Positions 24,497-34,001 of a stretch of DNA of 39,949 bases are shown one piece after another. Origin of the DNA: a virus (lineage: Duplodnaviria; Caudoviricetes); the IMG/VR virus record IMGVR_UViG_3300012200_000010, positions 1 to 39,949 of that record. One strand, 5' to 3'. The number at the start of each line of letters is the position of its first letter. Position 1 is the first letter of the stretch. A program made the translations under genes and the position numbers. The notes under the pieces were generated by a model. It ran no database searches and was not told the origin of the DNA. It was given only the letters and a program-made list of their open reading frames with translations.

Positions 24497-26581
24497 TTAC
24501 CAGTAACGAGATTTTAATGCGTTGGGAGTACCAGGCGCACCAGGACCCAGGTTCGGGTTCCAGACAAATGTGAAAAGATCAACGGCGCACCAAGATGCGT
24601 TCGGAAATGCTGTGTTACCCCCACTGTCGTCGCAGCCCCAAAGAACGATCGGTGTAAAACTTGGATAGCCAGTAAGCGTAGCGGTGTGTGTGGCATCAAA
24701 CGTGATAGCGTTTGTTTGGGTTATGACGGCGTTCCAGTTCCCTATTGAGAAAAGGGCGTTGTTAGGATACGTTGTCCAGGTTCCATTCAAAACAGCGGGA
24801 TTTCCAGTAACAGCAGAAATGGTTATAACAGAACCATCAGCACCGAACTGCGGAAACGATACCTTGGGAGTAGCATTGAAACCTGCCCCATCGGGGGCCA
24901 GGGATACTACTACTTGTTTGTTAATGTCTGACACCAAACTAAGCCCTGTCGCATTAACAACCATCTTAGGAATTGTATACACGGATGAGACAGTCGCTGC
25001 TGCAGTCTCATCTAACAAAGAAATCGTCACTATGCCAGTGGCTGAACAAGACATATCTAATCGATACCAGTGCCCAAATGTCGGTGCAATTCCTGTGTCC
25101 ACAACCGTCCCAGGAACATTGTGGCGTATTTGAGCGTTGTTCCATTGCGGATTGTTCACGTATTCAAACTTAAAGTTGCCGCCGAAATCGTTGATGCCGT
25201 CTGTGAAGGTCACAAAAGCTGTGTTAGCTGCTGGAACTTCTGTGGTACCAGCATTTGTTACATAAATGAGAGTGTTTGTTCCGTTTATCCCGCTCCCAAT
25301 GACCGTGAACGTTCCGTTGTTTCCTGCATTCGTGCAACCTGCAACGGTGATGGTTTGTCCGTGATACCCACCCGTAGTTCCCGCTGTTCCGGCGACGCTG
25401 ACGTGTGTAGCAACTGTGTACGCAGTTTGACCCGCTGCAGGTGTGTTTTGAGTGACTGCAGTTATGTTTAGCTTAGTTGGGCGTATAACCGCACTAGCTG
25501 AAACACCGTTGTCAACAACGCCGTTCGGATTGTTAAGGGTAAGCGTGGTAGTGGTGTTTGCGACACAAGTGAACGTTCCGTTGTTGTTTGCGTTGGCGCA
25601 GCCTGTAACTACGATTGTTGCATTTATGTACTGATTGGCTGCAGCCTGGAAAAGACCCCCCGCTGCTAAAGCGTGCGGTGTGTAAACAGTGTTCCCGCCG
25701 CCACCTGCTCCGACCTGCGATAGCCCCCACGATTCAGGCGTATGACTGGTGTCGTATCGCAAACCAAAAAAGCAATCTGGGCGAGCAGAAAAACCTAAGC
25801 CCATAGTACTGTTATTCGGATGGATAGCTCCAATACCAGGACCAACAAGACCGCAATAAAAAGACTTCTTAGCCCAGTCTGCGCCGGTGGTCGAACTATT
25901 ACCAGCTTGGCCCATAAACTGAAATACCCAAGACATTTTCCATCCTGGATTTTCCAAAAGAGCCATTGTTCGAGACGTAACGTTTGTGGACCCGCCTGCA
26001 TCGCCGTTGGTGTTAAGCATGATTCCGCCAAAACCGCTGGATGTTTGAGTTTGCGACCAAGCAAATATCCCGGCATGGGGAGGATTTCCTCCAAATGTCG
26101 TGCGGGAAAATGCGCTACCAAAGTTTATCCAATCGCCAGCATACGCTACTCCTGGAGTACCAGCCCCGCTCCCAGGCCACATGCTAGGAAGTACGCCTCC
26201 CAAGAAATCTTCGCGCCAGTAAATGAATCCTGGGTCCGTCCACCACGGCACCGTGCCGTGAGTGATGCCGTCCAAAACGGTGTTGTCATCGTCAGACGAT
26301 GAAACCGCTATTGCCGTCGAGTTTGATCTCGAGATGGCTCCCAACTGAGGATTGACTTTTAGAGGCAGCGGAGGAAATCTGTTCTGAGAAGTTCCCGGCC
26401 GGTACCACTGACGCACGCGATCGTAGTCCGTAGTGAAGATCGACGGCGCAGGCCCCAAAGATCCTACAGCAAGCCCTGGCTGTTCGCGCGGCGTTATAGC
26501 AGGCGCGGCTGGAGGAGCGGGCGCAGTAATTGGGCTCCCGACGTTAGTTGGCTTTTGTAGAGCGTCTTTAAGCGACGGCAT
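24497..26581 (-). CDS. Tail fibre/receptor-binding-like protein
   Basis: G/T/N-rich beta protein; start MPSLKDAL just after the nozzle stop; repeated V.GC....NNGTF modules. Confidence 0.7.
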   Translation of the reverse strand: MPSLKDALQKPTNVGSPITAPAPPAAPAITPREQPGLAVGSLGPAPSIFTTDYDRVRQWYRPGTSQNRFPPLPLKVNPQLGAISRSNSTAIAVSSSDDDNTVLDGITHGTVPWWTDPGFIYWREDFLGGVLPSMWPGSGAGTPGVAYAGDWINFGSAFSRTTFGGNPPHAGIFAWSQTQTSSGFGGIMLNTNGDAGGSTNVTSRTMALLENPGWKMSWVFQFMGQAGNSSTTGADWAKKSFYCGLVGPGIGAIHPNNSTMGLGFSARPDCFFGLRYDTSHTPESWGLSQVGAGGGGNTVYTPHALAAGGLFQAAANQYINATIVVTGCANANNNGTFTCVANTTTTLTLNNPNGVVDNGVSASAVIRPTKLNITAVTQNTPAAGQTAYTVATHVSVAGTAGTTGGYHGQTITVAGCTNAGNNGTFTVIGSGINGTNTLIYVTNAGTTEVPAANTAFVTFTDGINDFGGNFKFEYVNNPQWNNAQIRHNVPGTVVDTGIAPTFGHWYRLDMSCSATGIVTISLLDETAAATVSSVYTIPKMVVNATGLSLVSDINKQVVVSLAPDGAGFNATPKVSFPQFGADGSVITISAVTGNPAVLNGTWTTYPNNALFSIGNWNAVITQTNAITFDATHTATLTGYPSFTPIVLWGCDDSGGNTAFPNASWCAVDLFTFVWNPNLGPGAPGTPNALKSRYW

Positions 26582-26582
26582 A

Positions 26583-29500
26583 CTATCGCTCCTGCCATAA
26601 AGCACCGAAAATGCAAAAAGCCAGAAGTTCGTTCTGCACGGTGTCGGTGTTTCCGAAGTTGACTTTGACTTGCAAAGATTTGCACCACGCGGACGCGGGC
26701 GTTTGATCGCCGCCATTACCCGGCGTGGTCTGGCCAAAGTAGTATCTGTTCATCCACAAAGTCGCCGGCACCGCGGTTGGGCCGAACTTCTTTGGAGGAT
26801 CTGATACGAAGGTGTTGGAAATTGTCTCGAACGTCGCGCCGCCTGTGGCACTGATTTCATCGAGTAGAACTTGAACCGTAGGCTGAGACCCAAGTTTCGA
26901 AAAGTCCATTTCTATGAAACCTAGTTCAGCCATCTGACCAGCATGAGCTAGTACGATGTTGCCCATCGTGAAGAAGGATGAGTATGCGGACCCGTTGTCC
27001 GTAAACGTGGTGAACGTCGAGTCTCGATTGAGAATGGTGCCGGCCGCAGTTGGCCCAATCAAAAGTTGGCGCGTGCCAGGAGAAGTCTCGATTGAAGCGA
27101 TTGCTTGGAACCCGCCAGAGATTGTGCACTGCGGGCTCCATACAGGACCCGTCAGCTGAGCGTCAGGCGTCGGGTTGGGATCGCAGCGATACCACTGCGT
27201 GGACCCGTCGGAGATGAATAGCGCGTGCTCGGCGTCGCCAAAACTGTGATAGGCAACGTAGGCCAGGGCGGGATTGAATGCCGACAATTTGTCGCCGATC
27301 GGGTGTCCGATGCGCGTGAACCCGCCGCTCGGGTCGATGGTAATGAACTGGCGATCCGAAGAGAACAGGTACGGAAGACCGAGCACCATCGTTACAGCGT
27401 TCCAGCTTAGCAGGCCAACGCCTGGAGCCAGCAGCTGCGAGTAGTACGTGGTGATATCTGGTCCGCCGCCGATCAGATAGACTGCCGTGGTCGTGAACAC
27501 CAACAAAGCCGTAGCCGTTGGGATCAAACGAATGACGGTACTGTCGAACGGGAACACTTGGTTCGGAGGCCACGCGTTTGTAAAACCATTGCCTGGGTCT
27601 GTGTCCGGACCACCGGACGCGAACACGTTGTTTCCGATGTGGCCCCACAGACGACCCTGATGATACACTAAACCTATCAACCCTGTTCCAGCCGCTGGCG
27701 TCGTGAGATTGCCAGCGGACGGCACGAACTGCGTAGATCCGTACGAGCCTGGAACCGGATCATTAACGTTCGCGATCGGCGCAGAAGTTGTTTGATCCAG
27801 TCCGGGTAATACCGTGGTAACACCTGCCACCGTAACGCTGGACGCCTGGTCTGGCATGAAGTCAATGACATTCCACGTCCCGGGGCCGCCGTTCGCAGTG
27901 CGAGGCGGCATGTTAATTTCGGTCAGGAACAGGAATGGGCCGCTGGCCTGGAAGCCGTCAGCGGATCTGAAAATAACTACGGTGTCGAACTGAGGATCCG
28001 TAGAGCCAGGTCCTGTAATCTTGACCTGTGCCCCGGTATTTCCTCCTACGATCTGGGTAACAGGTGAGGCGGTTGTGACCGTTCCATCGCCGCAGCCGTA
28101 TGGCGCGCCAAGAGGCCCGAGAGTGTTTGGAGAGTTTGTGCTAGGAAGCTGCAGAGGGGGCGCGGTATTCGTGAAGATGTCTGTTGTTGCACGTGCTTTG
28201 AATGCGTAGCAGTAGCCGTGGCCCTTCGTCCAAGCGTAACCGGCTGACGTGAATGCGGACACGTTGTACCAGGTGATTCCGCTGTCGGTAGTGGTAGATC
28301 CAATACCATTCCACGACGGAGCGCTGCCGCCGCTAAGTCCAGAAGAGATTACGAATTCGTTGTTGGTGTTTGAGTCGACGACCGACGCACTTCCGTATTG
28401 CTGAGAAGCTGACGGCGGGACGAAGCCAGATGCCGGCAGATACCATTGCGTAGTCGCAGCCCAACTAGGAGACGCAGCCCCGACGCAAGTCCAGGTAACG
28501 GTTCCGTCTGTGATCTGGGCCCCGTACGTTGTTCCCCACGGGTTGAACGTGGCGGTTCCTGCGTGTGTTTCTGCAACACCGTTAGGGTTAGTGGCAACTA
28601 GCGTGGTCGCGTTGCAGCTTACGACTTTAAATTTGCCGTTATTGATTCCGCTGCTCGCGGCGAACCCTGTGATAGTAACAGGATAGCCGGCCGTGAAAAA
28701 CGGTGAGACGAATGTTCCGGTGTAGGTGGTGTTGCCCCCAGAGGCGTTGCTAGCCGCCGTTAGCGTGGCCGCGGTACCGGGAACGATGGCCCCGCTCGCG
28801 CCCGTTCCAATGCAGACTTGGAAGTTCGCGTTTGCATCTTTGAGGGCCGAGAATATTCCTCCGGGCGTCCACCCCGAATAGGGAGTGCCGGCCTGCCACG
28901 TCGCGGACGTTGTGGTCGAATTGCCAAGGCATACGTAGCCAAGCTGGCCGTCGGAGGTAAGCGCACCTGCGGTAGTTCCCCATTTGGGAACAGACGCGGT
29001 GCCAGTCGTTCCGTTGGTAGTCGCGCCTAATAGAAACACCGGATTCGCGGCAGTCGACGGAAGAACTAGAGAAGGTTCGATTGTGGCGCAGTTGACGTTT
29101 GTGGGGTCGCCGCCTCCGGTGCCGTTCACAGGAGGATCGTACTTGTTGAATACGGTGGAAGCCTTCCAGGACTTGATGCAAGTTGGAAGTGAACTCGGCC
29201 CGCCGTTCACCTGGCCGATGTTTTCCCACCGTGCCCCGGTGGACTCTGTTACGCGCGCGCCCGAGATCCCCAATGTCGACGTAAATGACGGATACACGCT
29301 GCCAGACGTAACGTTGTAGTTGTGGGACGTAATGAATACACACTTTGTGCCGGGGTCATAGATCGGATCGCCGCCAGCATAGTTGTGGTTTGGTTGCCAA
29401 AGAAGGATCTGTCCGAAGTTGGTCCATGTAACGGAACCATCTGTAGTCGTTTGAAGATATCCTTGGTTCCAGTTTGGCACGCCCGTTCCGGACTTGCCGG

Positions 29501-30197
29501 TGTTCGCGGGAGTTGGGGATGAGTTGGATCCGTCGGCGTTGATCGTGTAAAGTTGTTGAATGGTGCCGGTGCCGCTGTCGAAAATGAAGCCCATCGTCGA
29601 GAATACGGTGGACGCGATCCAGGACACGCCTGCCGAGCCAGTGATGGTCGTCGTCAATGTTGGGGCAACCGTAGGAGCCACGCCGCTCATGTTCCAAACA
29701 GGTTTGCCTGTGTCAGGGTTCAAAGTGCCAGGGATGTATTTGACCGCGTCAATGCCGTCGGCGATGTATAGAGACTTGTTTATGCCTTGGAAATACCCTT
29801 GGCCGGCTCCAGTAGCTTTGGTGAAGATTGACGTGATCAAACCAGGAGTAACGGTTTCTACGTCTACAGTGCTGTCAGCGATGACGGTGATTGTTCCATC
29901 GGCTTTGTGGAACGAATAGAAGTTGTCAACGGCTCCCGCGGTGGTGCCAGAACTGAATGCTACGTTTCCTGGCCGGCGAATCATCGTCTGGCGGATTGAT
30001 AACTCCGAGTTCAATCCATCTATCAGCGCGTCTGTTGCACCGAGATGGTAGTAATCCGAGTACATGGCCTGAAGGGGCCCGCGCAGCGGACTGCGGTTCG
30101 TGAACAAACCAGAAAGAAACCGGCTCGTGAATAAGCTCACGAAGCGTGTCGGCTTCTGCGGTTGTCCGCCTTGTGCTTGGATTAGGTTCGGAGCCAT
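26583..30197 (-). CDS. Tail nozzle/tubular-B-like protein with large repeat insertion
   Basis: Propeller-like N- and C-terminal parts (YHQGRLW, LLVFTTTAVYLI); central TDG.VTW repeats; follows adaptor-like genes. Confidence 0.7.
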   Translation of the reverse strand: MAPNLIQAQGGQPQKPTRFVSLFTSRFLSGLFTNRSPLRGPLQAMYSDYYHLGATDALIDGLNSELSIRQTMIRRPGNVAFSSGTTAGAVDNFYSFHKADGTITVIADSTVDVETVTPGLITSIFTKATGAGQGYFQGINKSLYIADGIDAVKYIPGTLNPDTGKPVWNMSGVAPTVAPTLTTTITGSAGVSWIASTVFSTMGFIFDSGTGTIQQLYTINADGSNSSPTPANTGKSGTGVPNWNQGYLQTTTDGSVTWTNFGQILLWQPNHNYAGGDPIYDPGTKCVFITSHNYNVTSGSVYPSFTSTLGISGARVTESTGARWENIGQVNGGPSSLPTCIKSWKASTVFNKYDPPVNGTGGGDPTNVNCATIEPSLVLPSTAANPVFLLGATTNGTTGTASVPKWGTTAGALTSDGQLGYVCLGNSTTTSATWQAGTPYSGWTPGGIFSALKDANANFQVCIGTGASGAIVPGTAATLTAASNASGGNTTYTGTFVSPFFTAGYPVTITGFAASSGINNGKFKVVSCNATTLVATNPNGVAETHAGTATFNPWGTTYGAQITDGTVTWTCVGAASPSWAATTQWYLPASGFVPPSASQQYGSASVVDSNTNNEFVISSGLSGGSAPSWNGIGSTTTDSGITWYNVSAFTSAGYAWTKGHGYCYAFKARATTDIFTNTAPPLQLPSTNSPNTLGPLGAPYGCGDGTVTTASPVTQIVGGNTGAQVKITGPGSTDPQFDTVVIFRSADGFQASGPFLFLTEINMPPRTANGGPGTWNVIDFMPDQASSVTVAGVTTVLPGLDQTTSAPIANVNDPVPGSYGSTQFVPSAGNLTTPAAGTGLIGLVYHQGRLWGHIGNNVFASGGPDTDPGNGFTNAWPPNQVFPFDSTVIRLIPTATALLVFTTTAVYLIGGGPDITTYYSQLLAPGVGLLSWNAVTMVLGLPYLFSSDRQFITIDPSGGFTRIGHPIGDKLSAFNPALAYVAYHSFGDAEHALFISDGSTQWYRCDPNPTPDAQLTGPVWSPQCTISGGFQAIASIETSPGTRQLLIGPTAAGTILNRDSTFTTFTDNGSAYSSFFTMGNIVLAHAGQMAELGFIEMDFSKLGSQPTVQVLLDEISATGGATFETISNTFVSDPPKKFGPTAVPATLWMNRYYFGQTTPGNGGDQTPASAWCKSLQVKVNFGNTDTVQNELLAFCIFGALWQER

Positions 30198-31133
30198 TTA
30201 AATTCCTCGCCCTTGAACGCCCTGCTGCGTACCCTGAGATTCGTTCTCTTCCTCACTCATGATGTCGAGCCACTTTCCGAGGAACAGGTTGCGATCAGTC
30301 AGAGATATCCCCGTCTGTCGCCCCAACAAAGAAGCAACCGCCAGTTGGCGATAGCGCGCGGCGCGGGGATCGTCGAAGTAGTCGAACATGAAGAACGCGA
30401 AGAAGTAGTTGTAGATATACTGCAGTTGATCTGGAATGCCCCACTTGTCGGTAAGGTTGACAAACGGAATAGGCGCCTCTTGATACGTCAAGTTTACACG
30501 ATAGTTTTGATCAGGAAGTGGCATCAATCTGAACGTGAAGGTGGTACCGCTCTCGTCGGATGATTGCGCGGAAATAAAGGTGGGGCGATCCTGGGCGCGG
30601 TCTTCTGACAGCGCGTCAGGCTTAATATCCATCTGGACGCTAGGGCCAGCAACCGCCACGGCGCCAGACTCGTTTTCGGTGACGTTCACGGTGGACGCGA
30701 TTGTGAAGGACGTCGGGGTCGCGGAGACGATGGCGAAAGTTCCGTTCAGTCCCGACGTTGTGCAGCCCGTAATAACCACAGGGGTGTTTGTGCCGCCGTT
30801 GGGAAGAGTGCTGAATCCTTGGATCGCGGTGTAGACCGCGGTCACGCCGTTAGCTACTACGTGTGTAATAGTTCCAGCCAACTCAATAGTAGCTTTTTCC
30901 AGCCACCCAAAATTCGATATTGCGGCGTTGTAGTCTTGCTGACCAACGGTGGTCAGGAAGTTCGCAGTTCCTCTGTTCCACGGCCAAATGAACGGAGGCC
31001 CAACAATCGTTTGCAAAATCTGATTGGCGCTGGTGAAGGCCGGTTCATTGTTGGTTCCGATCGTGAGATTGGCCCAGCTCAAAAAGGGCTTCATCCAGTC
31101 GATCGAATTTTGAAGAGATCGTGTTGCCGCCAT
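30198..31133 (-). CDS. Head-tail adaptor-like protein (paralog B)
   Basis: EPA...AN......WPWNR...GQQDY...L.P.PDQ.Y pattern. Confidence 0.6.
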   Translation of the reverse strand: MAATRSLQNSIDWMKPFLSWANLTIGTNNEPAFTSANQILQTIVGPPFIWPWNRGTANFLTTVGQQDYNAAISNFGWLEKATIELAGTITHVVANGVTAVYTAIQGFSTLPNGGTNTPVVITGCTTSGLNGTFAIVSATPTSFTIASTVNVTENESGAVAVAGPSVQMDIKPDALSEDRAQDRPTFISAQSSDESGTTFTFRLMPLPDQNYRVNLTYQEAPIPFVNLTDKWGIPDQLQYIYNYFFAFFMFDYFDDPRAARYRQLAVASLLGRQTGISLTDRNLFLGKWLDIMSEEENESQGTQQGVQGRGI

Positions 31134-31142
31134 GATTTGTCC

Positions 31143-31763
31143 TTACGACTTCTGGAACGAAGAGTCGTCGTGTCCCGGTTTGAAAATCGGGTGATGCAGA
31201 ATTTCGCCGTCTTCCATATAAACCATAATTACGCCGCCTGGTTTTACGGCCTTGTCTTCCTTGTGATCTCGGCCGATAAGAAGATGGTTTAAAGAGTGAA
31301 CGATCGAGGAGTGCGCCACAACCACAACAGGATGACCTTGCTTCCATCCTAGTTGAATAGCTTCTGCCAGAATAGGCCATACGCGTGATTCGAACTGGCT
31401 GATTGATTCGCCACCAGGAGGAACTACATCCGGGTGCGCGTCATAGAACGCCATTTTCTTTAGATTCTGGTCGTTCTTTGGTTTACCTGTTAGCTCACCG
31501 ATGTTCCACGGCTTGAGATTGTCGATTGTTTCCGGCTGATAATCATCTTGGTCGTCGCAGATGATTGTTGCTGTTTGAATGGAACGGGTCATCCTAGAAC
31601 AGAAGACACGGTGCCAATCTAGTTCGTCGAAGAATTCTCGAAGAACGTGGGCGTCGAGGAAACCTTCTTTGTTCAACGCCGAGTCGCGTTGTCCGCGAAA
31701 GATGTTCAGTCCGCTGTCCGTAGTCGACCCATGCCGTACTAGGTACATGAGTGGCTTTTTCAT
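31143..31763 (-). CDS. Histidine phosphatase superfamily protein
   Basis: YLVRHG motif, S...R..QTA, PGGES, VVVAHS. Confidence 0.9.
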   Translation of the reverse strand: MKKPLMYLVRHGSTTDSGLNIFRGQRDSALNKEGFLDAHVLREFFDELDWHRVFCSRMTRSIQTATIICDDQDDYQPETIDNLKPWNIGELTGKPKNDQNLKKMAFYDAHPDVVPPGGESISQFESRVWPILAEAIQLGWKQGHPVVVVAHSSIVHSLNHLLIGRDHKEDKAVKPGGVIMVYMEDGEILHHPIFKPGHDDSSFQKS

Positions 31764-32822
31764 TTAGAAGCCGCCTGGGTAGAATGGATTGGCCGGCCCG
31801 ATATACAAGCTGCCGGGAGCCGGCATGATTGCGTCGGACGGGAATAATCCACAATTGTCTCGTTCGCGATCCATGCTGCTGCCGGCGCGATCAAGAGACT
31901 CTATCCATAATTTTTGATTGTCCAGGAACTTGGCGCGGACCTTGGGATCCTTCGAATGCATGTACGCGTAGGCCACAAAGCCTTGACGGAAGTAGGCGGC
32001 GTAGTCGTCAGGGATCGGCTCGATCGTTTGTGAAAGAGATGTGAACTGGACTGGCCGCGCCTGACCGAACACGCGTGCTTGCCAAACTTTGCCTTGCTGT
32101 GACGGAATGGGATTCAAACGCAGCCCTTGACCCTTGGGGTTAACGGCGGTCCAAATACCGGTGCCGTCCGCCTGGGTGGTTGCGACCTGAGTTGGATTCG
32201 TTTGAGTGGGGAATACGACATTGACAGGCCAAACCGGCTGTGTCTGGCCGAGCGTGACGCTTTGGGTAAGAGCGTTGGATAGAACCCAGAAGTTTCCGTT
32301 GGGATCTTGAATTTGTAGAAGCGGATTAGAGGGCTGCGAGACGACACCCAACAGCGCGCCGTAAACGCTCCCAGGGCCAGGGTTCGACTGCGAACCTTCA
32401 CCTGTGTTGCCACCACCCCACGTACCGTAAACCAGTTGGTCATTAGGCAGCCAGCAGACTTGTCCCGGCCGGCCGTATTGCGCGGAGGTCTCTGGCAGGT
32501 CTCGGTTGGTCTCGAGCGTGCATTTATCTTTTGGCTCGGACGTTGAATTGATGTCGATAAGAATAGCGTACTCGAGCCACGCCAAAGTGTTGACGTTGAG
32601 CAGCGCGTAATCCTGTTGCCAGGAGTTCGTGTAAAAGAACGGCAGACGGATGCGGTTCCACTTCCAAGGACGACCCTTGGACAGCATCTCTGTCATAACG
32701 TCATTGGCAATCGTCAAAGCCGGTTCTTGTGAAAATCCACCGGTAGAGAGGACTGGGGCGAGGTCGGCGTGCGTACGCGCGTGATCGACTGCGCTCTGAA
32801 GTTTCGTTGTGGAATTTCCCAT
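31764..32822 (-). CDS. Head-tail adaptor-like protein (paralog A)
   Basis: EPA...AN......WKWNR...QQDY...L.P.P...IPD pattern. Confidence 0.6.
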   Translation of the reverse strand: MGNSTTKLQSAVDHARTHADLAPVLSTGGFSQEPALTIANDVMTEMLSKGRPWKWNRIRLPFFYTNSWQQDYALLNVNTLAWLEYAILIDINSTSEPKDKCTLETNRDLPETSAQYGRPGQVCWLPNDQLVYGTWGGGNTGEGSQSNPGPGSVYGALLGVVSQPSNPLLQIQDPNGNFWVLSNALTQSVTLGQTQPVWPVNVVFPTQTNPTQVATTQADGTGIWTAVNPKGQGLRLNPIPSQQGKVWQARVFGQARPVQFTSLSQTIEPIPDDYAAYFRQGFVAYAYMHSKDPKVRAKFLDNQKLWIESLDRAGSSMDRERDNCGLFPSDAIMPAPGSLYIGPANPFYPGGF

Positions 32823-32854
32823 GTGCCTCTCTCCGATGTTCTAATTTGTAGATC

Positions 32855-33487
32855 TTAGTCGTCACTGCCGGGTTCGTAGTTGTACTCTTGAACAGGTCGC
32901 GCGCGATGCGGAACTTCCGACTTCGTGCGGACTTGCTCTCGATTCCTGACTAGCCCTGGTGAAGGACTGCCGGTGCTGGCGCTATTGCGGGTTGGCCGCT
33001 GCATAGCCCAACGGTAATCCGGATCCTTGGGGAACCACGTCTTGCCGCATCGCGAACATAGCCGGAAGGTTACTCCGGTTGTCAGCGTGTGCTGCCACAG
33101 CGCGTAATTCGCTGAGTCGTTGCCCTGGGCCGGCCCGCCATTCATCATGGTCTGGGAGTCGCCGCCCTTCATGTGCGTGCAATTCGTTTCGTCAGAGATA
33201 CGTTTTTCACGCTGGAAGGCAAGAGATTCTTGAACGGTCTCTCGCGAGACGCGCTCCGTCTCCTGTTGCTGTCGGATTTCCAGGACGTCGTTTTTCAACT
33301 TCTCGAGTTCGAGCTTCTCTTTCTCGAGCCGCAACTTCTCGGTCTCGAGTCGGATGAGAGTTATCTCAGCGTCAACTTCGGCTTTCGATTTGTTGATCGT
33401 TTTCCTGGGGACCAACTCTTCGAGAGACTTCGTTTCCACGGGGATCTCGGAGAGACCACCGTCTGTCGGTTCGATTTCCTTACTCAT
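32855..33487 (-). CDS. Coiled-coil protein with C-terminal Zn-binding motif
   Basis: SD AGGAG; LEKEKLELEKL; CTH...H...CSRC. Confidence 0.65.
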   Translation of the reverse strand: MSKEIEPTDGGLSEIPVETKSLEELVPRKTINKSKAEVDAEITLIRLETEKLRLEKEKLELEKLKNDVLEIRQQQETERVSRETVQESLAFQREKRISDETNCTHMKGGDSQTMMNGGPAQGNDSANYALWQHTLTTGVTFRLCSRCGKTWFPKDPDYRWAMQRPTRNSASTGSPSPGLVRNREQVRTKSEVPHRARPVQEYNYEPGSDD

Positions 33488-33577
33488 TGCTTTCTCCTAA
33501 GCACGGAGAGCCGTGCTGGTGACGTTGCGTCAACTCGTGTTCGCTGTTACGCGAATGGCGAATGATCGGCGTCTAGA

Positions 33578-33607
33578 TGTCAAGTTTTATTGGTAAAAAA
33601 CTTGACA
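33578..33607. repeat. Perfect 11-bp inverted repeat
   Basis: TGTCAAGTTTT 33578-33588 / AAAACTTGACA 33597-33607. Confidence 0.85.
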
Positions 33608-33610
33608 AGA

Positions 33611-33692
33611 TGGGGGCTTGCGACCGGGGAGCAAGACCGGCGACCTCCCGACGACTAGTCGGGGCTATTGAAGCTGCCTAAGCTACGCAAGC
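33611..33692 (-). ncRNA. tRNA-like RNA 2 (central triplet AGT, non-canonical loops)
   Basis: Acceptor GCTTGCG/CGCAAGC; anticodon stem CCCGA/TCGGG; variable AGGTC; T stem GCCGG/CCGGT; ends CC-CCA. Confidence 0.7.
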
Positions 33693-33700
33693 GTAGAAAT

Positions 33701-33785
33701 TGGGAGCGCGCGGCAGGCGGCCAACCCTGCGACCTCTCGGTTAAATGCCGAGTGCTCTTTATCGGGCCCACTGAGCTACACGCGC
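33701..33785 (-). tRNA. Aberrant tRNA-Lys(TTT)-like RNA 1
   Basis: Acceptor GCGCGTG/CGCGCGC; D stem GCTC/GAGC; anticodon stem CTCGG/CCGAG, loop CA-TTT-AA; T stem GCAGG/CCTGC with loop GTTGGCCG; ends TC-CCA. Confidence 0.75.
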
Positions 33786-33794
33786 GTAGAACTT

Positions 33795-34001
33795 TTATGG
33801 ATAGATTACGTCGTAGAGCCAGCCGGCCATACTGACGCTTACGCCAACGTAGGCCACACCGAATGCGGCTTCTAGGGGGTGGGTCCAATGGCACGTTTGC
33901 GTACAGGCGAATATCAGTCCGCCGTATGCCAGCATGTAACCCACGAACTGGAGGAACGGTTTGATCTTGACGTTCTGTTCGATTTTGTCTAGGAAGCTCA
34001 T
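33795..34001 (-). CDS. Small membrane protein (2 TM)
   Basis: MSFLDKIEQ...; ATGA coupling. Confidence 0.6.
   Translation of the reverse strand: MSFLDKIEQNVKIKPFLQFVGYMLAYGGLIFACTQTCHWTHPLEAAFGVAYVGVSVSMAGWLYDVIYP

Noticed and set aside
33650-33662. Amber suppressor (CTA) anticodon in tRNA-like RNA 2
   Set aside because: Stem geometry centres the loop on AGT, not CTA.
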